The notes beneath the pieces are model-generated. The model was not told where the DNA came from. It searched no databases and saw nothing but the letters and a program-made list of their open reading frames with translations. Positions 62,177 to 64,000 of a DNA stretch of 64,000 bases are shown here, piece by piece. Location of the stretch: NCBI GenBank assembly GCA_963725865.1, contig CAVSAC010000010.1, positions 576,001 to 640,000 on the forward strand. Direction: 5' to 3'. Position 1 is the first letter of the stretch, and each line of letters starts with the position of its first letter. The translations under genes and the position numbers were made by a program. The DNA is from Candidatus Eiseniibacteriota bacterium (GTDB lineage: Bacteria; Eisenbacteria; RBG-16-71-46).

Positions 62177-62584
62177 CTCCCCGAGGTCCCGGTCGGGGAA
62201 GTCGAGTGGCGGATCGCGACGGGGGTTGAGGTCCAGCGGCGGTCGCGGCCCGCCCGGCAGTGGACGTGGGTGCGGCGTTCGGATCGTTCGTCATGGTCGT
62301 CCTGGGTCCGTACCGGCGTGAGCGTTCGGCAGAATAGCACCGACCGCGCACCCGGGTCATCCGCGCGCGGGCACGCGCCCGGAACGCGCGCTGTCGCGGA
62401 CCTCCACACCGCGCGCGCGATCCGATCGACGTGATCCACGACACTCGCGCGCGCCGACCGGTTCACGAGCGCACGTCGAATCGCTCGACGCGATCGCCGA
62501 ATGACACGTGCGTGGAAATTTCGTTCAGCGCAATTTGACGCTCACGCGTGTCGATGACTAGGGTGCATACGAAGGCGATCGCGC

Positions 62585-64000
62585 ATGCATACCTCGACGC
62601 CGCACGAGTCCGCATCCGCTCCATCCGCCGCCACCACGGTGTGTCCGTTCTGCGGCTCGGGATGCTGCATGCTGCTCCACGGCTCCGCCGCGTTCCCCCG
62701 CCTCCACCATCCGGTCTCGCAGGGCGCGCTCTGCCTGCGCGGCTGGAGCGCCGGCGAGCTGGTGCGCTCGCCGCTGCGCGTGCTGTCCGCACACCGCCGT
62801 TCGCGGGGCACGCCGCTCGAGCCGCTGCCGGTGGAGCGCGCGCTCGACGAGGTGGTGGAGCGCCTCACCGCGATCCGCGAGGCCCACGGGGGTGCCAGCA
62901 TCGGGGTGCTGGGCTCCGCCCGCCTGACCGTCGAGGAGATCGTGCTGCTGCGGCGGCTGGCGCGCGCGCTGGGCACGCCGCACCTCGATTCGCTACAGCG
63001 CATCGGCTACCTGCACTTCCCGGCGCTCACGTTCGAATCGGTCGAGCGCGCTCCGCGCCTCACCGTGCTGGGCGCCAACCTGACGGTGCGCCAGCCGCAG
63101 GCCGGGCGTCGCGTGCTGCGGGCGCTCGATCGCGGGACGCCGGTGCGATTCGTCCACAGCCGCCGCGTGCAGCTCGCCTCGCTCGCGGCCCACCACGACG
63201 TCACGCTGCCCGGGCAGGAGCTGGACGCGCTCGGCACGCTCGAGCCGGACGAGGTGGTGCTGCTGTCCTCGGAGCTGGCGCTTTCGGGCCAGGGCGGGCC
63301 GGCCGCGCGGCGGCTGCATGGCACGCGCACGATGTTCCTGACCGATTACGTGAACCAGCGTGGCGCCGTGGAAGCCGGGCTCCATCCTTCCCCCGACGGC
63401 CTCTCGGCGTTCCAGATGCTCGAGGCGGCGGCCGATGGCCGCGTGCGCGCGCTGCTGGTGTTCGCCGACGATCCATTCGAGTTCTTCCCGGTGCTGGCGG
63501 CCCGCGCGTTCGCGCGCGCCGAGCTGGTGGTGGTGGTGGACTCGGTGCGCACCGCCAGCGCGCGGCATGCCGACCTGGTACTGCCCGGCGCGTTGCTCTC
63601 CGAGAAGGCGGGCACCGTCGTGAACACCGAGGGCCGGGCGCAGGAGCTGGCGCCCGTCTCCCCGCCACCGGCGCGCTGGACCGAGAGCGCGATCGCGCTG
63701 CAGCTGCTGCGGTGCTTCGACGGCGAGGCGGCGCTGCCGCCGGCGCCGCGGCTCGAGCCGGGCCCGGGCGGGGTCGAGGCCGAGCGGCCCGACGCCGCGT
63801 ACCCGTTCCTCGTCGCGCTCGACACCACGCTGTTCTGGAACTCGCACGCGCTGGTGGGCGCCACCGTCTCGGCGTGGCGCGAGGCGCGCAGCCTGTTCGC
63901 CGACTTCCCGCCCGGCTGCGTCACGCTCAACCCGGACGAGGCGCGGGCACTCGGCGTGCACCACGCCGGTTCGGTCACGCTCACGAGCCGCGACGGCGCC
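62585..64000 (+). CDS. Molybdopterin oxidoreductase family (FdhA/NuoG-like) protein; 3' end runs off the window
   Basis: Absent from the ORF track; translated by hand: TTVCPFCGSGC..GALCLRG (4Fe-4S), IGVLGSARLTVEE, NQRGA, ADLVLPGA..EKAGTVVNTEGR, TLNPDEARALG. Confidence 0.8.
   Translation, partial: MHTSTPHESASAPSAATTVCPFCGSGCCMLLHGSAAFPRLHHPVSQGALCLRGWSAGELVRSPLRVLSAHRRSRGTPLEPLPVERALDEVVERLTAIREAHGGASIGVLGSARLTVEEIVLLRRLARALGTPHLDSLQRIGYLHFPALTFESVERAPRLTVLGANLTVRQPQAGRRVLRALDRGTPVRFVHSRRVQLASLAAHHDVTLPGQELDALGTLEPDEVVLLSSELALSGQGGPAARRLHGTRTMFLTDYVNQRGAVEAGLHPSPDGLSAFQMLEAAADGRVRALLVFADDPFEFFPVLAARAFARAELVVVVDSVRTASARHADLVLPGALLSEKAGTVVNTEGRAQELAPVSPPPARWTESAIALQLLRCFDGEAALPPAPRLEPGPGGVEAERPDAAYPFLVALDTTLFWNSHALVGATVSAWREARSLFADFPPGCVTLNPDEARALGVHHAGSVTLTSRDGA

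Noticed and set aside
58830..62444. Apparent 1204-aa GatD with a long N-terminal extension, and 991-aa GlnA (57409-60384)
   Set aside because: The extensions are off-frame reads of the upstream genes; the real starts are at 60218 and 58827.

Overview
This is a high-GC (roughly 70% by eye) window from a diderm bacterium, probably a metagenome or long-read assembly. Six genes carry single-base +1 frameshifts, and a seventh probably does. FlgD-Ig/T9SS-like C-terminal domains, a PorV-like barrel and TWGxLKxxYR tails suggest an FCB-associated candidate phylum such as Eisenbacteria (inference). Positions 1-25.7 kb form an alpha-glucan (starch/glycogen/maltodextrin) utilisation locus. It encodes two secreted GH13 enzymes, MalEFG plus a separated MalK, three secreted DOMON/CBM9-like proteins, a PorV-like barrel, two tandem uncharacterised outer-membrane barrels (one fused to CBM48), three lipoproteins with glucan-binding modules and a CBM20-esterase. 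No SusC/SusD or LamB is visible. The middle of the window holds sucA-sucB-lpdA, an ABC-2 exporter, mscL, osmC, nfuA, an OPT transporter, an NtrY/NtrX-like two-component system and a pirin. Near the right end is an archaeal-type gatE-gatD pair coupled to a glutamine synthetase family gene, followed by a truncated molybdopterin-oxidoreductase-family gene. The best candidates for undescribed biology are the CBM48-barrel glucan import system, the bacterial gatE-gatD-glnA operon, and a shared C-terminal [TV]Pxxx(S/L)(T/S)(W/F)GxLKxxYR tail on three unrelated secreted proteins. All family assignments come from motif recognition by eye; no searches were run.
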